Source: Thermodesulfobacteriota bacterium (GTDB taxonomy: Bacteria; Desulfobacterota; Desulfobulbia; Desulfobulbales; S012-135). Taken from it: a DNA stretch of 32,000 nt. The translations under genes were made by a program, and so were the position numbers. Location of the stretch: positions 1 through 32,000 of the forward strand of contig JBFLZZ010000015.1 in the NCBI GenBank assembly GCA_040755255.1, written 5' to 3'. This document shows, in pieces, positions 1-8,179 of this stretch (position 1 is the first letter of the stretch; each line of letters starts with the position of its first letter). The notes beneath the pieces are model-generated. The model saw only the letters and a list, made by a program, of their open reading frames with translations, made no database searches and was not told the origin of the DNA.

Positions 1-107
1 CCCGCCTCCACCGATTCCACCTTGCAGGTGAATTTGGCGAGGCCGACGCCGGCGGCGGCGAAGAGAAAGGTCGCGGCCATGGCTGTGATCAGGATTGTTT
101 TGGTCAT
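1..107 (-). CDS. 5' end of a small exported protein gene that runs off the left edge (MTKTILITAMAATFLFAAAGVGLAKFTCKVESVEA...)
   Basis: ATG at 107-105 with AAGGAG 7 nt upstream. The N-terminus is hydrophobic and signal-peptide-like. The frame is open to position 1. It is absent from the ORF track because it is truncated. Confidence 0.45.
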   Translation of the reverse strand, partial: MTKTILITAMAATFLFAAAGVGLAKFTCKVESVEA

Positions 108-219
108 TGCTTCACTCCTTTGCCTGTATTCCGCGTCTTCCCGGGTGTAGGGAAGACGCACCAGAGGCTGCCCGCTCACGGCAGCCAAACCAGCGGCCCG
201 ATGCCGCAAATCGTGTCGT

Positions 220-735
220 TCATTTCAGCAGGGGGGCTATGTCCTGTTCGAGTTGGTCTTTTTCCACCAGGCCCATGTAGCTTTTCACCACGATTCCGTC
301 CCGGTTGACGAGAAAGGACTGGGGGATGCCGGCGATGCCGCCGAAGGCGCGGGCGGTCTTGGTGTTGCCCATGGCCACCGGGTAGGTGATACCCGTCTTC
401 TTGGCGAATTTGTCCACCGCCTTGCGGCTGCTTTCGTCCATGGCGATGCCGATCACCGAGAAGCCCTTGGCGCCGTGCTCGCTCTGGAGGCTGACCAGCG
501 ATGGGATCTCCTCGCGACAGGGTCCGCACCAGGTTGCCCAGAAGTTGATGAGCAGGATCTTGCCCTTGTGCTGGCTGGAGTCGATCACCGTATCGTCGAT
601 GGCCGAGGGCAGGGCGAACTGCGGCATCTGTTCAGGAACGCCGGCGTGGACGGCTCCGGCCGCGGTGAACAGGGGCAGCGAAAAAAAGCTGGCAACCAGC
701 AGGATTTTCCATAAAGATGATGAGCGCTTATCCAT
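220..735 (-). CDS. Periplasmic thiol:disulfide oxidoreductase, TlpA/ResA/DsbE-like thioredoxin fold
   Basis: N-terminal signal peptide followed by the WATWCGPC CxxC motif, at the typical length of 171 aa. ATG confirmed at 735-733. Confidence 0.9.
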   Translation of the reverse strand: MDKRSSSLWKILLVASFFSLPLFTAAGAVHAGVPEQMPQFALPSAIDDTVIDSSQHKGKILLINFWATWCGPCREEIPSLVSLQSEHGAKGFSVIGIAMDESSRKAVDKFAKKTGITYPVAMGNTKTARAFGGIAGIPQSFLVNRDGIVVKSYMGLVEKDQLEQDIAPLLK

Positions 736-825
736 AGAAGATGTCGTTCCTGGTTGGAGTGATGGGCAAACCTACCCAATCAAGCATGCGATTGCAACCG
801 TTTTACCGGAAAAAGCGTCAGAATT

Positions 826-2280
826 ATGACAGGACAGGAGCGAAAAAAGTTCCCGGAAACACCCTGGCCGGCTTTTCTGGTGGTGGCTACCGGTGTCCTG
901 CTCTCCACCATGGACAGCAGCATGGTCAATCTGGCGCTGCCATCGATCATGGCCGAATTCCACAGCTCCCTGCGCCATACCGAATGGGTGATCGCCGGCT
1001 ATCTGCTGGTGATCACCGCGACCCTGCTGCTCTGGGGGGCGATTGCCGACCGCCGGGGCCGGCGGCGCACCTATGTCGGCGGACTGCTGTCGTTTGCCGG
1101 CGGCGCGGTCTTCTGCAGCCGGGCTCCTGACCTCACCCTTCTCATCGTCTTCCGGCTGCTCCAGGCGACCGGCGCGGCGATGATGATGGCAACCGGGCCG
1201 GCGATCATCCGCGAGGTCTTTCCCCGGGACAGGCTCGGCAAGGCCTACGGGTTGATCGGCATCGCCGTCTCGCTGGGGTTGATGAGCGGGCCGTCGGTGG
1301 GTGGGCTGCTGCTGCAGATCGGCTCCTGGCGGAACCTGTTCCTGCTGCCGGCCTTCCTGGCGCTGTGCGCGGCGGCCGCCGCCCTGCGGGTGGTTCCCGA
1401 CGGGGTGCGCTATCGGCAGGAGGCCGGTTTCGATTATCTCGGCGGATTTTTCTGGGCGGCCGGGCTGGCGGTGCTGGTCGGCACCCTGACCTACGCCAGT
1501 TCCCCGACCCGGTCCCCTCTTTATGCCTCCCTCGGCCTGCTGTTAGCTTCCGCCTGTTTCGCCAGCTTTCTTGTCGTCGAACGCCGCTCGCCGACACCGC
1601 TGCTGCTGCTGGATCTGATCGTGGAGCGCTATTACTGGACCGCGGTGGTCTGCTCTTCCTGTTCCTTCATCATGCTGTTCACCGTGACCATGCTCATGCC
1701 GTTCTATCTCGATCGGGTGGTGCGCCTTCCCGCCATGGCCATCGGTCTGACGATGATGGCGGTGCCCGTTGCCGCCGTGGCGGCGGCGCCATTGTCCGGT
1801 TCGCTTTCCGATCGCATCGGCTGCCGACTGCTGACCACCGCCGGTCTGCTCGTCAGCAGCCTCGGACTCGTCCTGTTGGCGGTGTTTGCCCTCGGCGGCA
1901 GCGTCCCGGCCGCCGGATTCTGTCTTCTTCTCATCGGCGGCGGCCAGGCGACCTTTCTCTCCCCCAACAGCTCGTCGCTGCTGGGGCGCGTGCCGGCGGC
2001 GGCAACGGCCGCTTCGGCGGCGGTGCTGGCCACGGCGCGCAATCTGGGCATGCTGATGGGGATCGGTTTGAGCGGGCTCCTGTTTTCCGCTTTTTTCGGC
2101 AGGATGACCGGCGGACTCGATCTCCGCGACTTCAGCGGCGTCCACCAACCCGCCTTTTTGTACGCCATGCGCTGGACCCTGCTGAGTGCGGCCGCCATCG
2201 GCATGGGCGCGGCCTGGCTGTCGTGGGGCCGGGAGAAAGGCTCACAGGGGGAAAGGGAACCCGGTCCGATCCCGGATTGA
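826..2280 (+). CDS. MFS transporter, 14-TMS DHA2/EmrB-like drug:H+ antiporter type
   Basis: 484 aa and highly hydrophobic throughout. An MFS motif-A-like loop (GAIADRRGRRR) follows the second hydrophobic span. ATG at 826. Confidence 0.85.
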   Translation: MTGQERKKFPETPWPAFLVVATGVLLSTMDSSMVNLALPSIMAEFHSSLRHTEWVIAGYLLVITATLLLWGAIADRRGRRRTYVGGLLSFAGGAVFCSRAPDLTLLIVFRLLQATGAAMMMATGPAIIREVFPRDRLGKAYGLIGIAVSLGLMSGPSVGGLLLQIGSWRNLFLLPAFLALCAAAAALRVVPDGVRYRQEAGFDYLGGFFWAAGLAVLVGTLTYASSPTRSPLYASLGLLLASACFASFLVVERRSPTPLLLLDLIVERYYWTAVVCSSCSFIMLFTVTMLMPFYLDRVVRLPAMAIGLTMMAVPVAAVAAAPLSGSLSDRIGCRLLTTAGLLVSSLGLVLLAVFALGGSVPAAGFCLLLIGGGQATFLSPNSSSLLGRVPAAATAASAAVLATARNLGMLMGIGLSGLLFSAFFGRMTGGLDLRDFSGVHQPAFLYAMRWTLLSAAAIGMGAAWLSWGREKGSQGEREPGPIPD

Positions 2281-2387
2281 CGAGGCGGGCACTCTCCGTC
2301 CTTGCGCGGCACAGGGTGACGAAGCGATCCGGACCAGCCCCGGCACTGCATTCTCTTGCTGTGGTTTCTTGAACGTCGCGGATGCCG

Positions 2388-3407
2388 TCAGGCGGTGATG
2401 TTGATCAGCCCTGGCTGCTCTCCCCGGTTTTCCGGCAACAGGCGGTCACGCAGCCGCTGGAGGAGGCGCACCTCCTGATCGCGGCTGACGAGGGAGACGG
2501 CGGAAAAACCGAGCGCCCCGAGCCGGCCTTCAAGCAGCGGCAGACCCTTGGCGATATGGGCGGCGGCGGCCGGGTCGGCGACGGTGAAGGAGCCGTCGAT
2601 CCTGTCATCCCGGATGAGAAAGCCGGCATGGAGGTCGCCCAGGTTGCTCATCTGCAGGAAGAAATCGAGCTGGAGGCGGTCGCTGGCCGCGGCCATCGTC
2701 CACTGCCCCCTTCCGCCGCCATCGTCGAAGAAGGCCGGGTAGATGTAGTAGCCGGCGGGCGGTTCCGCGCCGTTCATGGCGGTGAGGGTTTCGGCCAGAC
2801 CGATGAACTGGTCCAGCCGCCGGAAAACGTCGCGGGCGTTGGCCGCCGCGGGAAGCTGCCGCGCCTGGTCCAGCAGGCCGCTGATTTCCTTGAGGAGACT
2901 GTCGATGGAATGAGGGTGGCCGGGCTGGAAGGCGATGAGGGTGCGCAGCACCCGTTCCAGGGAGGCATCCGCATTGCTGGTGAAGAGACGCAGCCGGTCG
3001 GCCAGCTGGGCGAGCCGGTCGGCCAGCGCGGTGCCCGGCAGCAGGGCGAGCAGTTCCGCTACCATGGCCGGCGGCGGCTGTTCCCCGCCCAGGTTGCCGG
3101 CGATGAGCAGCAGCAGTTCCTGGCCGGCCGCCCTGGCCTGCGGCGCGAGACCCAGCCAGGGCGGGACGCCGTTGCCCTTTACTTCCAGCCAGAGGTGCTC
3201 GTTGATGGGCAGGGAGATTGCCGAACGGGCGGTGAGGCGCTGGCCGTTGACATCGAGAAGATAGGAACCGTCGCTGTTGCTGCCGAGGACGAGGGCCCGT
3301 ACGATCTGGCCCTGGCTGAGAGTGATTCCTTTCTGACCCGACTCCCGCGCCGGGGAGGGCGACGCGGTCGCGGCAGGCGGGATGGCGGGGGGCTGCCCGA
3401 TTTTCAT
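2388..3407 (-). CDS. Hypothetical protein with a FliK/Flg_hook-like C-terminal domain
   Basis: Start moved to ATG 3407 (MKIGQPP...). The longer ORF (to 3554) would overlap the upstream kinase, which stops at 3436. The C-terminal segment RLQLDFFLQMSNLGDLHAGFLIRDDRIDGSFTVADPAAAAHIAKGLPLLEGRLGALGF fits the hook-length-control C-terminal pattern as I remember it. Confidence 0.6.
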   Translation of the reverse strand: MKIGQPPAIPPAATASPSPARESGQKGITLSQGQIVRALVLGSNSDGSYLLDVNGQRLTARSAISLPINEHLWLEVKGNGVPPWLGLAPQARAAGQELLLLIAGNLGGEQPPPAMVAELLALLPGTALADRLAQLADRLRLFTSNADASLERVLRTLIAFQPGHPHSIDSLLKEISGLLDQARQLPAAANARDVFRRLDQFIGLAETLTAMNGAEPPAGYYIYPAFFDDGGGRGQWTMAAASDRLQLDFFLQMSNLGDLHAGFLIRDDRIDGSFTVADPAAAAHIAKGLPLLEGRLGALGFSAVSLVSRDQEVRLLQRLRDRLLPENRGEQPGLINITA

Positions 3408-3435
3408 GAGGTTGCCCTGTCCCTGCCGATTCCGT

Positions 3436-5361
3436 TCATGTACAGGGAAGGCGGATGACCACCTCGGCGCCGGGTGAGGTGTTGTGCAGGGAGAAGGTGC
3501 CGTTGTGGGCCTTGATGATCCGTTCCACCAGGGTGAGCCCCATGCCGGTGCCATAGGTCTTGGTGGTGAAGAAGGTTTCGGAAACCTTGCCGAGGAAATT
3601 GTCCTGGATGCCGGTGCCGGTGTCGCGGATAAGGGCGACGAGCTGGTCGTCCTCCCTGCTGATGGAGATGGAGAGTTTGCCGCCGTCGGGCATGGCGTCC
3701 ATGGCGTTGCGGAAGAGTTGCAGCAGCATCTGGCGGATACGGCGCCGGTCGAGGAGGAGGCGCGGTTCGTCGGCCGGCGCTTCGACGGCGATGGTGATGT
3801 GCTGCGCTTCCATGTCCCGCTGCAGCAGCAGCAGGGTTTTTCTGGTGATATCGGAGAAGAGGGCGGCTTCCTTCATCGAGGTGGTGTCCTCGACGAAATC
3901 ACGCAGGTCGGCGAGGGTTTTCTCCAGCCGTTCGCTCTCCTTGATGATCACTTCGCTGTACTTGCGCAGACTGTCGTCCAAGGTTCGGCGATTGAGCAGG
4001 CGGGCGACGCCGCCGATGGCGGTCACCGGGTTGCGGATGTTGTGCACCATCTGCGCCGACATCTGGCCGAGGGCGGAATAGCGCTCGGCCTGCACCAGCT
4101 GGTCCTTGTTCTTGGCCAGCTCCTGGTACAACTCCTCCAGCTCCCGCAGCTTTTTCTGCATGTCGATGTAGAGGTGGCTGTGTTCGATGGCAAGGCTTGC
4201 CTGACTGGCGAAAAGCTCCAGGGCGTTTAAGTGGCTGTCCAGAATCGGCGACCGGGTGACGAAATTGTCGGCGATGATCACCCCGAAGGAGCGTCCCGGG
4301 GAAAAGAGCGGCACGACGATGAAGTTTTCCTCCTTGAGGAGGTCGATGAGCTGATCGGGGCGAGGCAGCAGCGGCGAGGTTTCGAGGATCGGGTTGCGCC
4401 GGTCGAAGGCGTTGGGGTAGCTGGGATGATTGGTCTGCAGGGCGTGCCGGTCGTGGAGAATGGGGCGGCCGCCGTTGCCGGCGTCGATACGGATGGAGCG
4501 GCGTTCCAGGGCGGAGCGGATCAGGATGTTGCTGTTGTCGGAAACCGGGATGCGCATCTGGCGGATGATGACGTTGACGTCCTGATCCTCGAAGGCGCAG
4601 CTGGTACTCAGGTTGTGGACGATGTCGAGGAATTTCAGATCCTTTTGCTGCATCTCCTGCCAGACCCTGGCCGCGGTTTCCCGGCAGGTGGTGCCGATGG
4701 CGAGTCTTCCCTCCAGATATTTGCCGGCGTCGTCGAACAGGGCGAGAAAAGCGCGGTTGAACCGCAGACCCTCGTTGGCGGTGATGCCGACCAGGATGGC
4801 GAGCAGCAGTTTGTCGAGCTCGACGGTGCTGAGATAGACCGTGTTCATCTTCAGGGAGAGCTGGTGCATGAGCTGGATGCGGAAGTGGGCTTGCTCCAGC
4901 TCTTCCTGGTACTTGCGGTTCTCGAAGATCAAACGTCGTTTTTCGAGGTTCTTGCGGACGACGAAGAGGATCTCGCTGAATTTGGCCGGCTTGGCCAGAT
5001 AGTCGTCAGCGCCCTTGCGGATGCAGTCCATGGCGACGTGCAGATCGGCGACGCCGGTGAGCATGACAATGGCCAGATCGGGGTAGCGGGACTGCAGCTC
5101 GGGAATGAGTTCGGCGCCGCTGGAATCGGGCAGGCCGATGTCGAGCAGCACCATGGCGACCTTGCGATTGGCAAGGCAGGCGTGCAGGTCGGCGGCGCTG
5201 CCGCCTTCGACCACGGCCAGGTTGTTTTCCTCGAGATACTGCGCCAGCGGTGCCCGGATGGCGGGATCATCGTCGATGATCACCACCACCTCACCGTTGG
5301 TGAGCAGCTGGCCGGGGGCGAGGGAGATGTGCTGTGGCGAGATGGAGTAGGGGGTCAGCAT
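3436..5361 (-). CDS. Soluble hybrid sensor: receiver (REC) + GAF-like + HisKA/HATPase histidine kinase
   Basis: REC signatures: VVVIIDDD, LLDIGLPD, KP. H-box: MVHNIRNPVTAIGG. ATPase boxes: FRNAMDAM, RDTGTGI, GTGMGL. There are no TM spans. Start set to ATG 5361, not 5499. The 5499 start directly abuts a terminator hairpin (5501-5527), and TTGACA/TATGAT promoter-like hexamers lie between 5499 and 5361. Confidence 0.85.
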   Translation of the reverse strand: MLTPYSISPQHISLAPGQLLTNGEVVVIIDDDPAIRAPLAQYLEENNLAVVEGGSAADLHACLANRKVAMVLLDIGLPDSSGAELIPELQSRYPDLAIVMLTGVADLHVAMDCIRKGADDYLAKPAKFSEILFVVRKNLEKRRLIFENRKYQEELEQAHFRIQLMHQLSLKMNTVYLSTVELDKLLLAILVGITANEGLRFNRAFLALFDDAGKYLEGRLAIGTTCRETAARVWQEMQQKDLKFLDIVHNLSTSCAFEDQDVNVIIRQMRIPVSDNSNILIRSALERRSIRIDAGNGGRPILHDRHALQTNHPSYPNAFDRRNPILETSPLLPRPDQLIDLLKEENFIVVPLFSPGRSFGVIIADNFVTRSPILDSHLNALELFASQASLAIEHSHLYIDMQKKLRELEELYQELAKNKDQLVQAERYSALGQMSAQMVHNIRNPVTAIGGVARLLNRRTLDDSLRKYSEVIIKESERLEKTLADLRDFVEDTTSMKEAALFSDITRKTLLLLQRDMEAQHITIAVEAPADEPRLLLDRRRIRQMLLQLFRNAMDAMPDGGKLSISISREDDQLVALIRDTGTGIQDNFLGKVSETFFTTKTYGTGMGLTLVERIIKAHNGTFSLHNTSPGAEVVIRLPCT

Positions 5362-5382
5362 GGCTGGCGGTTGTCCTTCCCC

Positions 5383-5414
5383 ATCATACTGCGGGTTTCG
5401 GCGATTTCTGTCAA
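5383..5414 (-). promoter_or_regulatory. Putative sigma70-type promoter for the REC-GAF-kinase gene
   Basis: On the minus strand, TTGACA (5414-5409) and TATGAT (5388-5383). The spacer is 20 nt, longer than canonical, so this is tentative. Confidence 0.3.
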
Positions 5415-5500
5415 GAAGGAATGATTCCTGGCCGGTAAAGCGCCGGCGTGCCGTATCCGGCAGCCGGCGGAGAGGGCGGATGGATGGGGAGGCCGACATG

Positions 5501-5527
5501 AAAAAGCCCCGTCTGGCGGGGCTTTTT
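5501..5527 (-). terminator. Bidirectional intrinsic terminator closing the sulfur-trafficking cluster
   Basis: AAAAAGCCCCG-tctgg-CGGGGCTTTTT: a 6-bp GC stem extended by A/T, with a 5-nt loop. The U-tract is present on either strand. It lies 26 nt downstream of the 57-aa ORF stop. Confidence 0.75.
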
Positions 5528-5552
5528 CATGAAAAGACGATCCGGATGGCGG

Positions 5553-5726
5553 CTACCACCAGCAGATGGTCTGGTCGGCGGCCATGATGGCGTCGACCAG
5601 TTTGTCGTAATCCGGAGTGGTGCCGTAGAGATTGATGCTGCTGTTGTCGCGGCCCTCGGAGACGATGGCGACGAGCTTCTTGGTGGTCTCGTTCGGTTCG
5701 GAACGGTAGATGTGCAGGATCTTCAT
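5553..5726 (-). CDS. 57-aa protein, last gene of the cluster; possible miniature DsrH/TusB-like protein
   Basis: Hand translation: MKILHIYRSEPNETTKKLVAIVSEGRDNSSINLYGTTPDYDKLVDAIMAADQTICWW*. ATG at 5726-5724 with GGAG-containing upstream sequence (aGGAGtacGGAGcagacacc). It starts 24 nt after the upstream gene stop, has GC3-rich codons, and is followed by the terminator. It falls below the 60-aa cutoff of the ORF track. Confidence 0.65.
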   Translation of the reverse strand: MKILHIYRSEPNETTKKLVAIVSEGRDNSSINLYGTTPDYDKLVDAIMAADQTICWW

Positions 5727-5750
5727 GGTGTCTGCTCCGTACTCCTGGGA

Positions 5751-6050
5751 TTAATAGGTGCCGTAGGGGACGATGATGCTCATCTCCCGCAGCTTCTGAC
5801 CGAGTTCCTCGATGGTGAGCGGAGTCAGGCCGTTGGTGTCGCAGTTGGCCTGGACATTGGAGTAGACTTCGCCTTCCATGTCGCGAATCCAGTCGAGGTT
5901 TTCCGAGTTGTAGTCGTCGAACTTGTCCAGGGTGGCGTCGACGACGGCGCAGTAGGAGTAGTGGTTTTCCACGGCAAGACCGAGGGTCGAGCGCATGCAG
6001 TCGAGGGCGAACCCCTTGTTGGGGACCATGAAACAGATTTTGTGGGACAT
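5751..6050 (-). CDS. 99-aa conserved-hypothetical-type small protein of the sulfur cluster (possible DsrF/TusC-like fold)
   Basis: AAGGAG RBS 5 nt before the ATG at 6050, and 14 nt after the dsrE-like stop. The sequence starts with a beta-strand-like ICFMV. The family assignment is weak. Confidence 0.7.
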   Translation of the reverse strand: MSHKICFMVPNKGFALDCMRSTLGLAVENHYSYCAVVDATLDKFDDYNSENLDWIRDMEGEVYSNVQANCDTNGLTPLTIEELGQKLREMSIIVPYGTY

Positions 6051-6064
6051 GGGGCTTCTCCTTC

Positions 6065-6379
6065 TTACAGGGTCAGGTACTTTTCGTAGTCTTCGATGAT
6101 GGCGCCGTGCTGGGCCTGGGTCGCCATCTTCTCCTGGGTGAGACCGGCAGGGATGACCGCGACGTCAAAGCCCATTTTCTTGTAGCTGTCGGCGCAGATG
6201 GAGACGTCGTCGGCCAGTTCGCACAGATCCTTGAAATCCGGCTTCTGGGTGAGCATGGTGCCGCTCCAGGTGAAGAACACCTTGACCTTGATCCCCTTGT
6301 TCTTGGCCGCCTTGACGACGCCCTTGATATGATCCCAGTTGTTGGGATTGGTGACGAAGATGCCTAAGCTGTTAGCCAT
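6065..6379 (-). CDS. DsrE/DsrF-family small sulfur-relay protein (104 aa)
   Basis: N-terminal LGIFVT strand. The Cys-containing segment VSICADSYKKMGF resembles the DsrE/TusD active-site C-x(n)-G loop. GAGGAG RBS. Confidence 0.75.
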   Translation of the reverse strand: MANSLGIFVTNPNNWDHIKGVVKAAKNKGIKVKVFFTWSGTMLTQKPDFKDLCELADDVSICADSYKKMGFDVAVIPAGLTQEKMATQAQHGAIIEDYEKYLTL

Positions 6380-6392
6380 GTTGTTCTCCTCA

Positions 6393-6438
6393 TGAAAGAA
6401 AAATGCCGCACCGTTGGCAGGAACTGACGGTGCGGCAT
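6393..6438 (-). terminator. Intra-cluster hairpin plus U-tract between tusA-like and dsrE-like genes (attenuator or partial terminator)
   Basis: Perfect 12-bp inverted repeat ATGCCGCACCGT (6403-6414) / ACGGTGCGGCAT (6427-6438) with a 12-nt loop. On the minus strand it is followed by TTTTTCTTTC, then the GAGGAG RBS of the next gene. Confidence 0.6.
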
Positions 6439-6457
6439 ACTTGGTTAGTCGATCGGA

Positions 6458-6700
6458 TCAACCCTTCTGGATGAAGAAGCGGAAGAAGCCGTCGCCGTCC
6501 AGGGCGCCCAGGAACTTGTGGCCGGAGCGTTCGCACCAGCCGGGCAGATCGTTCTTGGAACCCGGGTCGGTACCCTGGATCTCCAGGACCTGGCCGCTGC
6601 TGATGTTGTTGATCGCCTTCTTGGTGCGCAGGAGCGGCATGGGGCAGCTCAGGCCCTTAGCATCCAATACTTCATCGGCTTTCAGTGTGTTCAGATCCAT
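6458..6700 (-). CDS. tusA: TusA/SirA-family sulfurtransferase (80 aa)
   Basis: The canonical motif LDAKGLSCPMPLLRTKKAI (CPxP) at the expected position. AGGAGG RBS. Confidence 0.9.
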   Translation of the reverse strand: MDLNTLKADEVLDAKGLSCPMPLLRTKKAINNISSGQVLEIQGTDPGSKNDLPGWCERSGHKFLGALDGDGFFRFFIQKG

Positions 6701-6803
6701 TGTTTACCTCCTGTCTTTGGGTTTGATGCTCTCTCTCAGCGACTCTACCCGCTGGTCTGCGGCGGGCGTCGCAAGAAATCCGTGGTAGCCGTTCCGCCGG
6801 CTG

Positions 6804-8051
6804 TCACATCTCCAGGGTGAACTTGTTGGTATCCTCGTTCCAGTCGACGATGACGTACCAGGCGGCCATGGCCAGGAAGATCAGGGCGAGGGTGCCGCCG
6901 TAGCCGAGGGAATCCGGCATGTAGACGTAGGAGCCGAGTTTGCTGCCTTCCTCGATGCTGCCTTCCAGGTTGTACTTTTGCACCAGCAGGGAACCGAGCG
7001 CGCAGGTGATGCCGAAGATCGGGGTGACGATCCACAGCTTGATCTGGCCCTCGCCCACCCGCCACAGGGTACCGGTGCCGCAGCCGCCGGCCTGGATGGC
7101 GCCGAAGCCGAAGAGGATGCCGCCCAGCACGCCGCCCCAGCCGAAGGTGCCGCGGACGTAGTGCATCCAGTAGTAATCCATGGGGTTGCCGTCAAGGTCG
7201 GCGAAGCCGATGTACTTGCTTTTGATGATCGCGCCGCCGATGGCGAGGATGACGACGGAAAGCGCCACCGATTTCGCCAGTTCGCAGTCGCCGGTCATGT
7301 GCGGTTCGCGGAAGCCCTGAATCATGCACCAGCGGCCGCGCTGGAAGGCGTAGCCGAGCAAGGCTGCGATGATCAGCACGCCGCCCAGTTTGGAGACGTC
7401 GCCGTTGGCGTACTTGTAGGCACCGCCGACCAGAGCGGCCAGGGCGATGATGCCGAGGACCGTCTGCAGGGCGTTCGGCAGTTCGATGGTCTTGCCGCCG
7501 CCGACGCCCCAGGTGACGTTTTCCATTTCCCAGTAGACATACTTGAGGCCGATGACGGCGCCGGCGATCAGGCCGACCATCATGGCGAAACCGTGGGCGG
7601 AGAGGTTGCCGATGGCGTTGTAGAAGCCGCCGACGTTGCAGCCGCCGGCCAGGGTGGCGCCGGCGCCCATGAAGATGCCGGCGACGATCGCCTTGACCAT
7701 TTCGAGCTTGGGCGGGATACGGAAGGCGAAATTGCCGCCGAGACAGGCGGAAAGAAAGGCGCCGCCGACGAAGCCGAGGCCGATGACCGAACCGGAGTGG
7801 GTGAGAAAGGCGTTGGGGGTATCGCTCTCGAAGACATCGGCAAAACCCAGGGTCTCCCACAGGCCGCTGCCGTAGATGATCCATTCGCCCCAGTTCCGCA
7901 CTGCGCCGACCGCCCCCCATGGCCGATCCCAGGCCAGCATCATGATGCTGAAAAGCGCCACCAGAATGCCGACGGTGTTGGCTTCCCAGTTGTCCCGACA
8001 AAGCTTCTTGTACAGCCCCTTCGCTTTCTCCATCATCAGGTTTTCACTCAT
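6804..8051 (-). CDS. YeeE/YedE-family sulfur-compound (thiosulfate/sulfur or selenium) transporter
   Basis: Polytopic membrane protein with two sulf_transp-type motifs (TLAGGCNVGGFY and IQAGGCGTGTLW). Start moved to ATG 8051 (MSENLMMEKAK...), which has GGAAGGAGGAAAGGAG immediately upstream. Confidence 0.9.
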   Translation of the reverse strand: MSENLMMEKAKGLYKKLCRDNWEANTVGILVALFSIMMLAWDRPWGAVGAVRNWGEWIIYGSGLWETLGFADVFESDTPNAFLTHSGSVIGLGFVGGAFLSACLGGNFAFRIPPKLEMVKAIVAGIFMGAGATLAGGCNVGGFYNAIGNLSAHGFAMMVGLIAGAVIGLKYVYWEMENVTWGVGGGKTIELPNALQTVLGIIALAALVGGAYKYANGDVSKLGGVLIIAALLGYAFQRGRWCMIQGFREPHMTGDCELAKSVALSVVILAIGGAIIKSKYIGFADLDGNPMDYYWMHYVRGTFGWGGVLGGILFGFGAIQAGGCGTGTLWRVGEGQIKLWIVTPIFGITCALGSLLVQKYNLEGSIEEGSKLGSYVYMPDSLGYGGTLALIFLAMAAWYVIVDWNEDTNKFTLEM

Positions 8052-8150
8052 ACGGTTTCTCCTTTCCTCCTTCCTGACTTCCTGAGCGTTGGCGGCGATC
8101 GGCAGTGGCCCGTCGCCACCCAATAAATGAATACTCATTCAGAAGATCAC

Positions 8151-8179
8151 CTATTACTCTCTCCTTTTTTTTTTGTCAA
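8151..8179 (-). promoter_or_regulatory. Putative promoter of the yedE-tusA-dsrE cluster, with a homopolymeric A-tract in the spacer
   Basis: On the minus strand, TTGACA (8179-8174) is followed by nine further A residues (T run at 8165-8174 on plus). The best -10 candidate is a weak TAATAG at 17 nt. The local sequence is AT-rich in a GC-rich genome. Confidence 0.3.
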
